NCBI RefSeq assembly: GCF_028641065.1
Contig: NC_073401.1
Span: 3,286,001 to 3,350,000 of the forward strand
Source of the DNA: Leucoraja erinacea
Taxonomy: Eukaryota
Direction of reading: 5' to 3'
DNA: 64,000 bases
The notes under the pieces were generated by a model. It searched no databases. It saw only the letters and a program-made list of their open reading frames with translations, and was not told the origin of the DNA. This document shows, piece by piece, positions 1 to 13,462 of the stretch. Position 1 is the first letter of the stretch; each line of letters begins with the position of its first letter. The position numbers were made by a program, and so were the translations under genes.

Positions 1-668
1 AACCACTGGTTTGCCACAAAAATAGGATGGCCGGGTTACAGTTTGCCAAGAAGTACTTAAAAGAGCAACCACAGTTCTGGAAAAAGGTCTTGTGGACAGA
101 TGAGACGAAGATTAACTTAACCAGGACGATGGCAAGAGCAAAGTATGGAGGAGAGAAGGAACTGCCCAAGATCCAAAGCATACCACCTCATCTGTGAAAC
201 ACGGTGATGGGGGCGTTATGGCCTGGGCATGTATGGCTGCTGAAGGTACTGGCTCACTTATCTTCATTAATGATACAACTGCTGATGGTAGTAGCATAAT
301 GAATTCTGAAGTGTATAGACAGATCCTATCTGCTCAACTTCAACCAAATGTCGTAACACTCATTGGCCGGCGGTTCATTCTATTGCAAGACAATGATCCC
401 AAATATACAAGCAACAAAGTTATCAAAGCTAAAAAATTGTCATTTCTTGAGTGGCCAAGTCAATCATTCGATCTGAACCGAATTGAGCATGCCTTTTATA
501 TGCTGAAGAGTAAACTGAAGGGTACTAGCCCCCAAAACAAGCATAAGCTAAAGATAGCTGTAATATAGGCCTGGCAAAGCATCACTAGAGAAGACACCCA
601 GCAATTGGTGATGTCCATGAATCGCAGACTTCAAGCAGTCATTGCATGCAAAGGATATGCAACAAAAT

Positions 669-1478
669 AGGGAGGTTGCAGAGCAGTCAAGATCACGACC
701 CGTGACCCGTACTGTTGAAACGCTACGCCTTCTGGAGTACAAGCGATGAACGTCAGGTAAGCACTTACTATTGCTGCCAGTACAGTCTTACAGTCTGTCC
801 CAGCATCCGGACTCCACGCTGACTGATTCCATTCGTGGACCCAGGGCCACATGTGACTCTGGGTGGGTGGAGGGACCAGACTGTCCCCAACTCTGCTGCA
901 GCTGACGGGGACGTTGCCAGGTTTTTGTTCCCGTGTGTCCGCTGCCAGACCGGCAGCCCCGTTTCACCCAGCCTCGTGTGTGGCGCTGCCGACCCACAGC
1001 CCGTGACAGTGGGGCCACACAGGGGGAGCCGGGGGCGGGGGGGTCGTGGCGTGGCCGCAACAGCGCTGACCCCGGGGGGGGGGGGGGGGGGGGGGGGGGG
1101 GAGTGGGGGCTGTCCTGAGGGATGCGCACCTTCGGCCGCTTACACCTTGGTGCTCGGGTTCAGAGCAAAGATACTAAAGCATTTGGTTCAGAGCGTTCAG
1201 TCACCCTCCAGCAAGGACTTGCCCTAAATATGCCGGCACGCTGCTCTTTCGCAAGTCAGTGAGCAGCAGTGATTTTGGCGGTTCTCACTTACGGTTACCA
1301 CTATTTCCACAATTTGTTACAGCACAGAAATTGACCATTTTGGCGATTTTTAACAGGTACGAACGTTTGTGTGGCATGTGGTACTAGTGTATGCCGGAAG
1401 CTGCCTTGTACTCCAGAAGGATTGAGCTACTCCGTGCGTCACGCCCTTTGACCTGATGACCTTACGTGCAACCACCCT
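669..1478. mobile_element. Non-autonomous DNA transposon (AGGG...CCCT termini, AT TSD; ISL2EU/Harbinger-related)
   Basis: TIR AGGGAGGTTGCA / TGCAACCACCCT. It is inserted in the last Tc1 codons (AAA TAC TAA), which fixes the TSD as AT. Confidence 0.8.
1166..1185. mobile_element. P-like TIR-end mini insert (putative excision footprint), 20 bp
   Basis: GTTCAGAG|CAAAGATACTAAAGCATTTG|GTTCAGAG, perfect 8-bp duplication. Confidence 0.75.
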
Positions 1479-1762
1479 ATACTAAACATGACTACTTTCA
1501 TTTACATGACATTGCTGTGTTCCAAACATTATGGTGCCCTGAAATGGGGGGACTTGTAAAAACACTGCTGTCATTTCTACATGGTGCAACCAAAATGTAT
1601 ATAGAAATGGCCTTTATTAAAATCTGACAATGTGCACTTTAACCGCATGTGATTTTTTTTCTATTACAAATCTCAAATTGTGGAGTACAGAGGCAAATAA
1701 ATAAATGATGGGTCTTTGTCCCAAACATTATGGAGGGCACTGTACAAAGCACTGCTTATTAC

Positions 1763-2035
1763 TTTAGTTTAGGGAAACAGCACAGAAACAGGTCCTTCGG
1801 CCCACAGAGTCCACACCGACCATCGCGCTATCCTACACACACTAGAGACAATTTTACATTCAAACCAAGCCAATTAAGCTACACACCTATTCGTCTTTGG
1901 AGATTGGAAGGGAACCGAAGATTTCAGAGAAAACCCACGCGACCACGGGGAGAATTTACAAATTCCGTACAGACAAGCACCCATAATCAGGATCAAACCT
2001 GGGTCGCTGGCACTGTAAGACAGAAGCTCTACCGC
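1763..2035 (-). repeat. HE1-like tRNA-derived SINE
   Basis: Reverse complement of the SINE at 2270-2590, with a (TTTAG)n tail. Confidence 0.8.
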
Positions 2036-2269
2036 AGGGAGGAAATTGACAACCTTTTCTCACCATACATTGCGGATGGTATCCTCCAAGGAAGTTGATG
2101 GTTTATCACAGTTTGTGCTCTATGAATTCACACATTACAAAAGATTCTTGTGGAACTCAACACTCTTAACTGGTCAATAACAAACTTGCATGACTTTTTT
2201 TCTTATTATAATGTGGCAATAAATACAACTTCAGAAGCTTAGAGTTTGCTGCACATTTCATTGTCATAG

Positions 2270-2590
2270 AGGGCGGCACAGTGGTGCAACGTTAGAGTTG
2301 CTGCGTCACAGCGCCATGGAACCTGGTTCGATCCTGACTGTGGGTGCTGTCTGTACGAAGTTTCTACATTCTCCCTGTGAACGCTTGGGTTTTCTCCGGG
2401 TGCTCCGGTTTCCTCCCACACTGCAAAGACGTACAGGTTTGAAGGCTAATTGGCTTCAGTAAAATTATAAATCGTCTCTAGTGTGTAGGATCATGTTAGT
2501 GTACAGATTAGTCGCTGGTCAGCTCGGACTTGGTGGGCCGAAGGGCCTGTTTCTACGCTATATCTCCAAAATCTTTAAAGGCTAAAGTCT
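2270..2590 (+). repeat. HE1-like tRNA-derived SINE
   Basis: GGCGGCACAGTGGTGCA A-box, GGTTCGATCC B-box, CR1-like 3' end GGGCCGAAGGGCCTGTTTC, CTAAA tail. Confidence 0.85.
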
Positions 2591-3361
2591 AAAAAGAAAA
2601 AGGATATATATGGGCTCTTTGGCCCACTAAGTCCACACTAACTTTCAAGCATTCATTTTCACATGAATCCGACACAATTAGACCTACGCATGTTACCATC
2701 AATCAACTCTCCATCTCTCAGATGCTACCATTTCCCCACATACCTACAGAGATCAATTAAGCTCCCAACCCACTTTTGGAATGTGGAGAAATTGGGCCGA
2801 AGGTCCCATCATTGTGCTGACCCCAAATCCAGAGCAACCAAAGGAAACCACATAGTTACAGTGCAAACACCACATGCAGCGCACACAAGGCAAGAATTGG
2901 ACGTGAACAGTTACAAATGAAGCAGCCACCCCACAAGCGTGCCACTGTACTGCCCCATATATGGCTTGGTACAAAATGTAAAGACTCAATTAATCGATGT
3001 TTTGACATCCTTTTGGTTTGGTGCAGTGAATCCATTCAAATTGTATTCACTGCAAATCACTTATGAAGCAAAAAAAAAAAGAAAATGTTGTAAAAACTCA
3101 GCAGGTGGAGCAACAACAGCAGGAGAAATTCAGATATTTAGCATTTTTATATACTCAATTATATAGGCATGATAGTGTGCACTCTTTGTTCTCATGAATC
3201 AGTACTCAAAACTGGCTACACCCTGGCCCCTTTGGTTATTTCCTTATCCTCAGATTTTCAGACAAAATGAGCATCATTTACTTGTGTTTTAGCAGTTTTT
3301 TTTAAATAATTTTACAATTAAAACATTTTCCTTAAGCAAACTGCAAAAAATCTAATAATCC

Positions 3362-4947
3362 AATAGAATGCCGGCTAACAACAACATCGTCAGCGCGCTG
3401 GCTAGCGAGGCTGGAGTAAGGCACACATTCTCCGTGTCCAAGCACGATGTGAGGATGCCTCTGACGCGTGTGAACACGAGGAAAGCTGTAGGCCCATCTG
3501 ATATATCTGGGTGAGTACTAAAGTCTTGTGCTAATCAGCTAGCTCCAGTATTCACCACAATATTCAACCTCTCCCTGGCCAAGTCCGTGGTCCATGCCTG
3601 CTTCAAGAGGTCCACTATTGTACCAGTGCCTAAGAATGCCTCTCTAGCCTGGTTGAATGACTACCGACCAGTGGCCCTCACCTCAGTGGTCATGAAATGC
3701 TTCGAGAGGCTGATCAAGAACTCCATCTGCACCTTCCTCCCTCGCACCATGGACCCGCTGCAGTTCGCATACCGTCCAAACAGATCCACGGATCATGCGG
3801 TCTCCCAGGTTTTGCACACCACTCTCTCTCACCTTGACAGTCAGAAGGGGGGCTATGTGAGGATACTATTCATTGATTTCAGTTCAGCTCTCAACACCAT
3901 ATTCCCCACCAGACTTGCTGAGAAGCTGCTGGAACTGGGACTGAACACTCCCCTGTCTCCTGGACTTCCTCACCACCAGGCCCCAGGTGGTCAAGATGGG
4001 AAGACATACCTCAACCCCCTCACCCTGAAGACAGGATCCCCCCAGGGTTATGTCCTCAGCCCCCTACTGTACATATATGACTGTGTGGCCAGGTTCTGCG
4101 CCAACTCCATCATCAAGTTTGCTGATGACACAGTGGTGGTGGGCCTGATCTCCGATAACGATGAGAAGGCCTACCTGAACGAGGTGGCTGACCTGGCACT
4201 CTTGTGTCAGAAGAACAGCCTCCTCTTGAATGTCACTAAAACTAAGGAGCTAATTGTGGACTTTAGAAGGGCACAACAACCGAGGACGTACACGCCACTG
4301 GGGATAAATTGGACTACTGTGGATAGGGTGACCAGCTTTAAATATCTGGGAGTCCACATCACAGAGGGTCTGACATGCACAACACACACTGCCGCACTGG
4401 TCAGAAAGGCAAGGCAGCGCCTTTACCACCTCAGGCAGCTGAGGTAATATCTGAGGATCCTTCAATCCTTCTACTCTGGTGCTGTAGAAAGTATCCTGAC
4501 CGGAAACATCTCGATCTGGTTTGGCAACAGCTCTGCCCAATGCAGGAAGGCTCTGCAGAGAGTAGTGCATTCGGCCGAATGCACCATGGGAACTATACTC
4601 CCCCCCCCTTGCAGGATCTATACACCAGGATGTGCAGATCCAGAGCCAGCAAGATCATGAAGAACCCATACCACCCCAGCAACAGACTGTTTCAGCAGCC
4701 ATGGTCAGGCAAGCGCCTCCGCTGTCACGCTGCGAAAACAGAGAGGATGAGACGGAGTTTTTTCTCACAGGCCATCAGGACTGTAAACTCTGATCTCACT
4801 GGAGCGTAATTACTGTTGTGTCTTTTAAAAAAAAATGTAAATACTGGTTCTGTTCTGTTCTGTTGTTTTGCACAATCCCGCAGGCATTGTCACTTTCATT
4901 TCACTGTACATCTTGTACGTGTATGTGACAAATAAAGTTGACTTGAG
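3362..4947 (+). mobile_element. Rex1/Babar non-LTR retrotransposon, 5'-truncated, degraded RT
   Basis: ORF 3587-4447: [58 protein letters not shown]. 3' end AATAAAGTTGACTTGA. Confidence 0.9.
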
Positions 4948-5904
4948 ATTGTGTGTAACAAACATTTGGTGTGCAATAGGAACACGAATATAGTAGCAGA
5001 ATTTCTGGGAGGGGGTCAGAGCCACAATCCCCCTGGATCCATACTTAGATCTGACACTCAAAATCTAGAATTCAACATGTGGCCTGAACAGAACAAGGAT
5101 TCCAAAGTCACACCAAAAAGCCCAAAACCTAATAAAGTCTTTACCAAATGGCAAACCCTATACCTAATATTACTGAATATAAAAGCTGCAACAGGAGAGC
5201 TACCATACCTAGTATAGATCTTAATAATTTGTAATTTAAAAGCAAAACAAAGTACCAAACACAGTTAAAAGCAATTAACTAAAGCAAACTCCACACAAAG
5301 TTTTAAAACATTAATTATTTAAATAAATTAAATGAAATGTATACCCCCTTCAACTATAAACAAAAAAAAAACACATTAAATTAACAGGATGTCAGACCGT
5401 ATAACACAATGCAAAAGTACAATTCCTCAACGTGATCCTGGGGACTATCAGAAGGACCAAGGTCTGTCACTGCACTCAACCAGCAGCGTGAATTGATAAA
5501 TGCCATCTTCCAAATCAACATATCAAAGGCGTGTTCAACGATTCATCCAGAAGGGTTTTGAAAACAATGCAGTTTCAACAACTGAACTGCCATGAGATCA
5601 GGCGTTGTATTTTTCAGCTCAAATGCAACACGATGAACTTCCGGGTCACAAGACAACAAAAATGGCACAGCTCCATCTCCTTAACTTGTAGCAAGGTGGG
5701 ATTAATGTAGGGATTCAGTAATATGCAGGAGTTACCAAATTAGAACACAAAGTCAGCAATTCTGACCCAAAGCACTATATTTTGAATCTCAGCACAACAT
5801 TTAGAAATTTTTAATTCAATTAATTGAAATAAATTTAGAATAAAAGGCTATCATAAGTAATGCAAGCAAAAATTACTGCATGATCATCAACTTCACCCAT
5901 ACCA

Positions 5905-6085
5905 GCCAGAACTGCTGCCTCAGCACCAGGGACCCAGCTTTGATCCTGACCTTGGGTACTGTCTGTGTGGAGTTTGCACGTATGCCCTATGACTGCGTTG
6001 GTTTCCTCCAAGTGCTCCAGTTTCCTTCCATATTCCCAAGAACTGCCTATCCCACTGAGTTACTCCAGCATTTGTGCCCACCTTC
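5905..6085 (+). repeat. SINE fragment plus Penelope-derived terminal repeat fragment
   Basis: Similar to the 2270 SINE; CTGAGTTACTCCAGCATTT motif. Confidence 0.6.
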
Positions 6086-6725
6086 AATTAACCAATATTC
6101 TTCAAGAAAGGAAATGAAACTTGCCCCATTCAGGCCTATCTACATACTCAAGAAATATTAATGTGGTCAACTCAAGCTTCTCTCTGAAATGGCTTCGGAA
6201 GCTACTTAGTTAAAAGAGACAATAAACATTCCTTTGCTTATGACATCACCAATCCATAAGAAACCTCTTTTTTTTTCCAATTACGCACCAGGAGTTGCCA
6301 CATCATTTATACTTAATAGCTGAACACAGCCAGCCCAGACTGCTTAAGTGATCTGCAACCTGCGATTGTCTAATGAAAATTTCAGATTGCAGAACAAGAA
6401 AATATTTAAAAGATCAACAATAAAGAAAATTAAAAAAATAAATAATGCAAAAAAATTACAAATTGTTGGTTTTAGAATCAATATCTTGATATTGTTGAAG
6501 AATAAACTGAGGGGGAAAAGAACATTAAGGCAAGGCTAAATATCGACACAGAATTCCCTGGCATTAACAAGTCATTAATCTTACCACTGTGCATAGGCCA
6601 AATGGCAATAGTTTATTATTGTGCACCAAGACAATGAAATATTTTGTATCATGTGACATCCAGGCAAATTATACCATACGTGAATAAATTAGATACTGCA
6701 AATGAGAAAATAAACTGAGTTTTAT

Positions 6726-7290
6726 AGGGTGATTTCACGAAAGGTCACTGGAGCGTAGATCCGCACCCACGTGACCGAAAATCTCAAGTGGAGTACATGC
6801 TATACATCCGGTACATGTTAGTGAATGGGAAAACACGCACTTTCCCACCAGTTAAAAACATCGAAAACGGCCAGTTTTTGAGCTGCAATTTACTGTGCCA
6901 GTCGGGGTGACCGTGAGGCACAGCTACCTAGATTTACAGTCCAAAAAAAAGATAGAAACTAAGGTAAATTAAAGAAGGAGCTGAAGGTGCCAAACAAGCG
7001 GAAGTGAACAGCGGACATTTGCCGTGGAGATTTAAAGGTCCAAAATATCGGGAATTATCGCGTTTGCTCGCTGAATTTCATAAAAAAAGTAAGGCAAACG
7101 CGATAATTCCCGATATTTTGGACCTTTAAATCTCCACGGCAAATGTCCGCTGTTCACTTTTTTTATCTTTATTCATTTGTTATATGAGAAGTTTTAAAAG
7201 TGAAAAATCCCTCAGTAAAATTGCAAAATCGCCCATGGTTCTCGGGTGGGTTTTAACATGCAAAATGAAAACGCTTCTGACGCTACATTT
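6726..7290. mobile_element. AT-TSD MITE family copy, partial, with internal perfect inverted duplication
   Basis: AT|AGGGTGATTTCACGAAAGGTCACTGG start is homologous to the 8259 copy; right TIR not found. Confidence 0.7.
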
Positions 7291-8258
7291 ACCATTTAAA
7301 TAATGGTAAACTATCAATGCATGTTGAAATAAATTTTACTCAGATGCAAGCTAAGGAATGGGATAATTGTCAGCTGTCAGTTGGACAAAATTAGGACATT
7401 TTATTATTTTCCAAAATATATTTCTCAATGTTTCTTGTTTAAAGCCTGCACATTCACCCAAACTACTTATTTATTTAAGGTACACAAAAAAGCTGGAGAA
7501 ACTCAGCGGGTGTAGCAGCATCTATGGAGCAAAGGAAATAGGCAACGTTTCGGGCCGAAACCCTTCTTCAGACATCTGCAGTTCCTTGTTAAATACTTAT
7601 TTATTTATTTCTTTATCATCTAATAACATCAGCAGGCTTGTCTGTTATTAGATGATAAAGAAATAAATGAAAGTCAGATAAAATAAAATGCAAGGGCCAC
7701 AATGAGGTGGATTAGAAGATCAAGATGTCATCCCGAGTATGTGTTCCTGAATCTGATGGCATGCTCTTTTGAGCTTTTGCATCGTCTATCCGATGGGAGA
7801 GTGGCAAAGAAAGAATGGCTGAGGCAATAGTGGTCCTTGATTATGTTGGCTGTTGGACCGGCACTGAATAAAGTATAGATAGTCTCTAGTGAGGACATGT
7901 GTCTTCTCTGGTTCCTTGGGTATGATCTTCTCCTGATATGGCAGTTATTGGCTGATAACATGGAAAGATGGATAGTTTACAAATTGATCCATTGCTTCTG
8001 CTGTTTACACTAGTCTTTTGTGTGCTCCTGTTGCATGGACTAACGATTTTCAAAATATCCGTTTCCACTAAAGGCTAGAAATATCAGTATAACCTAAGCA
8101 TATTTTTTTCACATAGCTGAGCACACCACTTTCTTCAAACTGCCTAGTAGTGTCTGCCCATGACAAGGCTTAGAGTGGATTATCAGCTTTTGGGTCTAAC
8201 ACAAGCCTTGTGAACGAGGTAGTCTGCCCAGAATGAAACAAGGGCAAACCATATGAAT

Positions 8259-9127
8259 AGGGTGGTTGCACGAAAGGTCACTGGGTCATAGGGCTCGACG
8301 CACGGAGCCGCTAAATCCAACTGGAAGACATCCTTCACTTCCGGTATGTGTTATTAATGCTAGAAACGCGTACTTTACTACCTGCTAAAAACCGCCAAAA
8401 TGTTGAATTTTTGCGCTGAAAAAAATTGTGGGAGTCGGGGTAAGTGTGAGAGAGACATGTACCCAACTTTAGAATTCCAAACGTGAAGTGAAATGAAGGT
8501 ATAGAGAAGCGGGAACTGAAGGGACTACAGCAGCTAAAGTGCTCGATAAACATTGAAAATATCGGGAATTATCGCGTTTGCTCACTGCATTTCATCAAGC
8601 AAGGCATTATTTGTGTTTTTTCTTGATTCCTTTGGTATCTAAAAATTCTCAGAAGTGATAAATCTGGATGTAAATTTTTCTTCCGATGCGTTTTCATTTT
8701 GTATGTAAAAACCCACGAGAACCATGGGCGATTTAAAAAAATTCCAGCCAGATTTATCACTTCTGAAACTTTTTAGATACCAAAGGAATCAAGAGAAAAA
8801 CACAAATAATGCCTTACTGTTGATGAAATGCAGTGAGCAAACGGCCAATGTTCGCCAAGCACTCTGGCTGTTGTTGTCTCTTCAGCTCTCGTTTCTAATT
8901 ACCATAATTTCTCCTCACTTTTGGAATTCTGAAGTATGCTAAATGTCTCTCATGCTTACCCCGATTTCCATAATTATTTACAGCGCAAAGATTGACAATC
9001 TCAGCGGGTTTTAACGGCGCGTTACGCTGGAAACAGCGGTAAGTGCCTACCTGCAGTTCATCACGTGTATTCCACTTGGAGTAGCCTAGCAGTACGGGTC
9101 ATGGGTGCCGTGCCGTGAAACCTCCCT
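8259..9127. mobile_element. AT-TSD MITE (ISL2EU-like), complete, with long internal palindrome
   Basis: AT|AGGGTGGTTGCACG ... CGTGAAACCTCCCT|AT; internal inverted repeat ~8575-8667 vs ~8748-8842. Confidence 0.82.
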
Positions 9128-10199
9128 ATAGGCCTTAGACCAGGAGAGAAAACCAACATTGATGTGTTTGTTCTTCCAGTGAATTTGAAGGACTTTACAC
9201 AGCCGTCAACTGTAGTATTTTACCAGTGCCTTGACATGCCTGTAGTAGGTAATCCATCCTCAAAAGGATAGAGGGCCCCTGTTCCCTGGTGGACAATCAA
9301 TTTTGTGTCAAATCTGAGGTCTTAATCTTCAAACTCTTTTAGCTGAAAAAAATTACAGTGGCTAAGCCACACCATCTGTTATTTAAATATAATTGAAGAA
9401 ATGAAAATCAAGTAACAAAGTTGAAAATTAATTTGTATTTGTATATGTCCCTTGCCCTTCAACACTGAAAGAAATGGAGCTGATGAGGCTGCACCATAGT
9501 GGACAGATTCTCCAGTCTGGGACCTGGAGAACTGTAAAACCTTGTGCAGGGAGGAACTGCAGATGCTGGTTTAAACCAAACAGACACAAAATGCTGGAGT
9601 AATTCAGCAGGTCAGGCAGCATCTTTGGAGAAAAGGAATAGGTGATGTTATGGGTCATGACCCTTTTTTAGACACTACATCACTACGGGAATATACAAGT
9701 ATATTCTGCAAATTCAGGCAAACACCTAATATGACCATTTTAACAAGGAAGGGGAAAAGTACTGGTACTCCACTATCACTGTTCCTCAGGAAAACTCAGG
9801 CCTATCTTCAATTTGCATTCACTAACGTACTAAAGTATCTTGAGCACACTTTATCTTGAGTCATGGATTCCTTTAACTAATCATGGGACAATGTAAAACA
9901 AGCAAAGTCTATCTCTCAAGTGTAACAACAAGCTGAGAATAAGAATATCAATTAAGAGCAATTGAAGTTTTGTTTGGTTCTTTGAGTGAAAGCATTGTCC
10001 ATTCTGCACTCTTTAAACCATGAGATAATACTACATTAGTTATTGCCGTGCAAATAGAACTCTGCTTGTAATCAAATATTTTTCCCATTTCTGTTAGTAA
10101 TACAAAGATTCTTAATTTAACTCCTGTCACTTCATTCTGTATCAATAGAGAGTAACAGGATTGTAGTTGGTACATGTAGGAAGGAACTGCAGATGCTGG

Positions 10200-11020
10200 T
10201 GGGCATGTGTGGGTGGGGAGGGGTGGTGTGGGCAGATGGGAGGGGTGTGGACGGGGTGGGGGTCAAAGGCGAGGGGGGGGTATGGGCGGGGGGCTGTGTG
10301 GGGGGGGGGGGTCTGTGTGGGGGGAAAACGGGGGTGTATGGGCGGGGGGCTGTGTGGGGGCGGGGGCTGTGTGGGGGGGGGGTGGGGGCTGTGTGGGGGC
10401 GGGGGGGGATTGTAGGGGAGGGGGGGATTGTAGGGGAGGGGGGGGGGGGTGTGTGGACGGAGGCAGAAACTCAGGGAAAAGTTGGGAGTTGTTGAGAAGA
10501 GGGGGATATCATGGGGGAGGGGGGCAGGAGGCTACGAGGGGATCCAGAGGGGGAGGGGCTGGAGCTGGCGGTGTGATGGGGACTCACAGCGGGCGCTGGT
10601 CACTGGTCATTCTCCTCCACCGGGATCAGAGTCTCCGCTTTCCGTTTGGCGACATCTCCCGCACCACGCCGCTTCCGGTCCCTCCAAAAATTGTGTCTGA
10701 TTGGACACGCCGCTGGCCACCCGCAGCGTCCCTCAGCTCCAGTAAAGATGCAGGAAGGGGCGGACCATCCCGCGGAGTGACAGGAGAGACTAATCCATGC
10801 TGCGCTGACAGGCAGGAGAGGAGATCGATCTCCACGCGCAGTTTTTAAGATTTTTAAACCTCGCTAACTTTTACAATAGACCACCAATCGGAACGAAACT
10901 TGGTGCACTCAGCACAGCACAGCAGAATGGTGAGAGAGCTCGCAGAAAATCATAGCACTATCACGTACCGTTTTTGTGCAAATAGAAAGACCGCACAAAC
11001 CGGAAGAGCACAAGATTTAC
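10200..11020. repeat. Unclassified GC-rich non-autonomous element with G-rich low-complexity tract
   Basis: Abrupt GC-rich block with (GGGGGCTGTGT)n-like repeats inserted into a Penelope-derived repeat; no coding similarity. Confidence 0.45.
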
Positions 11021-12002
11021 TGGTGCTAAAATAAAAATTGCTATCCTTGATCTAGGTTTACAGTACGTACATAATAAAGAGTCAAGGGACCACTTCACAC
11101 AAATACAGGTTTGGGAGTCACAAATCCATGCAATCCAAGGCAGACTGGATGGCACGTGAAGTATGCGGTCAACCATAATCCTACCTATTCACACCACAAC
11201 TGAACTCTGGACATGATGCTACATCGATTTTGAAATCACTCAAAGTGATGCAATTTGCCCATCTCGTTAACATCTGACAACTGTAAATTTTCTGAACATG
11301 TATCAAAGATCCTCATTCCCCTAGAACCCTTATTTTACGAAGACTTCCTCATGTGGAAAATGTCATCCAACTATTTTTTATATTCCTATAGCTGCATTCC
11401 ACAACTTCAACCTAACAGTTCTTATCTTCAGTTTAACCTGCACCACAGTGAATACTTTTTAGTGTTTGTGTAAACCTCAGGATATCTGGCCGCACAAACA
11501 TACAAGTTAATAGAAGTAGATCGAATCACTTCCTTTTGACATTCAATAGCACTACTATTGTTGAACCCACTACCATGATCATCCCAGGGGGGTCACACAA
11601 AACCAGAAATTTGTGTGGGAAAGAACTGCAGATGCTGGTTTAAACCGAACGAGTAACTCAGCAAGACACGCAGCATTTCTGGAGAGAAGAATGGGTGACA
11701 TTTTGGGTCGAGACCCTTCTTCAGACCAGAAATTCAATTGGACCAGTCACATAAATATAGTAGCACCAAGTACAGGTCAAAGATTGAGGATACCTTGTGA
11801 TTCACAGCACAAACCACCTAAACTTTCAGCTTTTCATAAGCATAAATCAGTGACGTGCATTGACCTGGTTGAGTGCAGCTCCAACGTAACCCAGCAGAGA
11901 TTTGCTTGAGAGGGGTGCACACTGCACCATACACCTCCTGCTTGAGGAGTCCTTCGGAATTGTGCATGACCTACTTCCGCTAAGAAATGGAAGGTGCCTG
12001 TG

Positions 12003-12300
12003 TTTAGTTTAGAGATACAGCACAGAAACAGGCCCTTCGGCCAACCGAGTCCGCACCGACCAGCGATCCACACACACTAACTCTATCCTACACACATAGG
12101 AACGATTTACATTTATACTAAACCAATTAACCTACAAACCTGTACGTCTTTGGAGTGTGGGAAGAAACCGATCTCGGGAAAACCCACGCAGGTCACAGGG
12201 AGAACGACAAACTCCGTACAGACAGCACCCGTAGGTAGGATTGAACCAGGGTCTCTGGCGCTGCACGGTCGCACCTTTACTGCTGTGCCACTGTGCGCCC
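12003..12300 (-). repeat. HE1-like SINE
   Basis: Reverse complement of the 2270 SINE. Confidence 0.85.
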
Positions 12301-12544
12301 CATGTGATTTCTTTCCGCAGGAAAAATACATTGCACGCCAGATGCCACAACAGAGTGATGTCTTGGTCTAATGGCAAAGTAGTTCAAACCAAGCACAGGC
12401 TACACTCTGTGCACAGATTTAGCTTATTATTTTCCTCAGTTCCCCTTCCTCAATACCTTGATTACTTGAATTCACCCCCCACCATAATCAGCATCACTAA
12501 CTTCAACCCATTTCTCCTCATCATCATCCTCCCAATCCCCATGT

Positions 12545-12573
12545 CTGAAGAAGGGTTTCGACCAGAAACGTTG
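12545..12573 (+). ncRNA. Minimal hammerhead ribozyme-like motif in a Penelope-derived repeat
   Basis: CTGAAGA-AGGGTTTCGACCA-GAAACGTTG: CUGANGA, stem II, GAAA. Confidence 0.55.
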
Positions 12574-13182
12574 CCCATTTCCTTCGCTCCATAGATGCTG
12601 CCTCACCTACTGAGTTTCTCAGCCTTTTTGTCTACCACCATCCTTATTAGTTCCTTTACCCGTCACTCATCTTCCATCCCATACAGCTCCCCGCCCCTTA
12701 CCTTGGGTAGCACATTCCCACTTCCTTTTCTGCTCAATTTCCATGCACCCACTCCATCCCTGTTGATCGTCAAACTCAGGCTGTTTATTTGTGTGACTTT
12801 GTTTAACGTGGAGAGATGGTGCAGAGACAGCTACCCCACGGTCCTCGACAGATCTGGGTCAGAATCCAGTGGCATGGAGTCCAAGATGACCGGAGACCCT
12901 TTTCTGCTGCAGCCTTCATCCGCCTTCCCAGCCATTGTGACGCTCCACTAAGGTCAGCCATCGTCCTCCGCCTGTTCCACCGTTGAGGTCTTGGTTGGAT
13001 TGCTCTTTGTCAGAGACCTCCCCCTCGACCTTACAGCCATGGAGCATAGCTCCAAACGGCATCGTTCTCAGGATCTCAGATCCACACAAGCTTCTCCACC
13101 ATGACAAGGTGACAATCCACCCATCATCATCATCACTGGAACAAAATGTAAAATCATTCCTCCACCACATCAAGGAGCACCA

Positions 13183-13462
13183 AGGGCAGCACAGTGGCAT
13201 AGTGTTAGAGTTGGTTCAATCCCGACTGTGGGTGCTGTTTGTACGGAGTTTGTATGTTCTCCCCGTGACCGCCTGGGTTTTCTCCGAGATCTTCTGTTTC
13301 CTTCCACACTCCGAAGACGTACTAGTTTGTAGGTTAATTGGCTTGGTAAAAATGTAAATTGTCCCTGGTGCGATTAGGATAGTGTTAATGTGCGGTGATC
13401 TCAGGTCGGTGCGAACTCGGTGGGCCGAAGGGCCCGTTTCCGTGCTGTATCTGTAAACTAAA
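13183..13462 (+). repeat. HE1-like SINE
   Basis: Similar to the 2270 SINE, internally deleted head. Confidence 0.8.

Larger units (their letters stand above)
1..1742 (+). mobile_element. Tc1/mariner (DD34E) transposon, 3' part, degraded; interrupted by a MITE at 669-1478
   Basis: Motifs VLWTDETK, KHGDGGVMAWACM, QDNDPKY, WPSQSFDLNRIEH. The C-terminus ...ACKGYATKY* is restored once the insert is removed. Right TIR ends ...ATTATGGAGGGCACTG followed by TA (1743-1744), with an inner direct repeat CCAAACATTATGG at ~1522 (IR/DR type end). Confidence 0.93.

Noticed and set aside
9320-9350. TTTTCAG-CTAAAAGAGTTTGAAGATTAA on the minus strand, resembling SUDS3 'KEFED'
   Set aside because: Immediate stop codon and no further match; chance similarity.
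11304-11330. CAAAGATCCT, matching the TIR start
   Set aside because: No partner end and no TSD.
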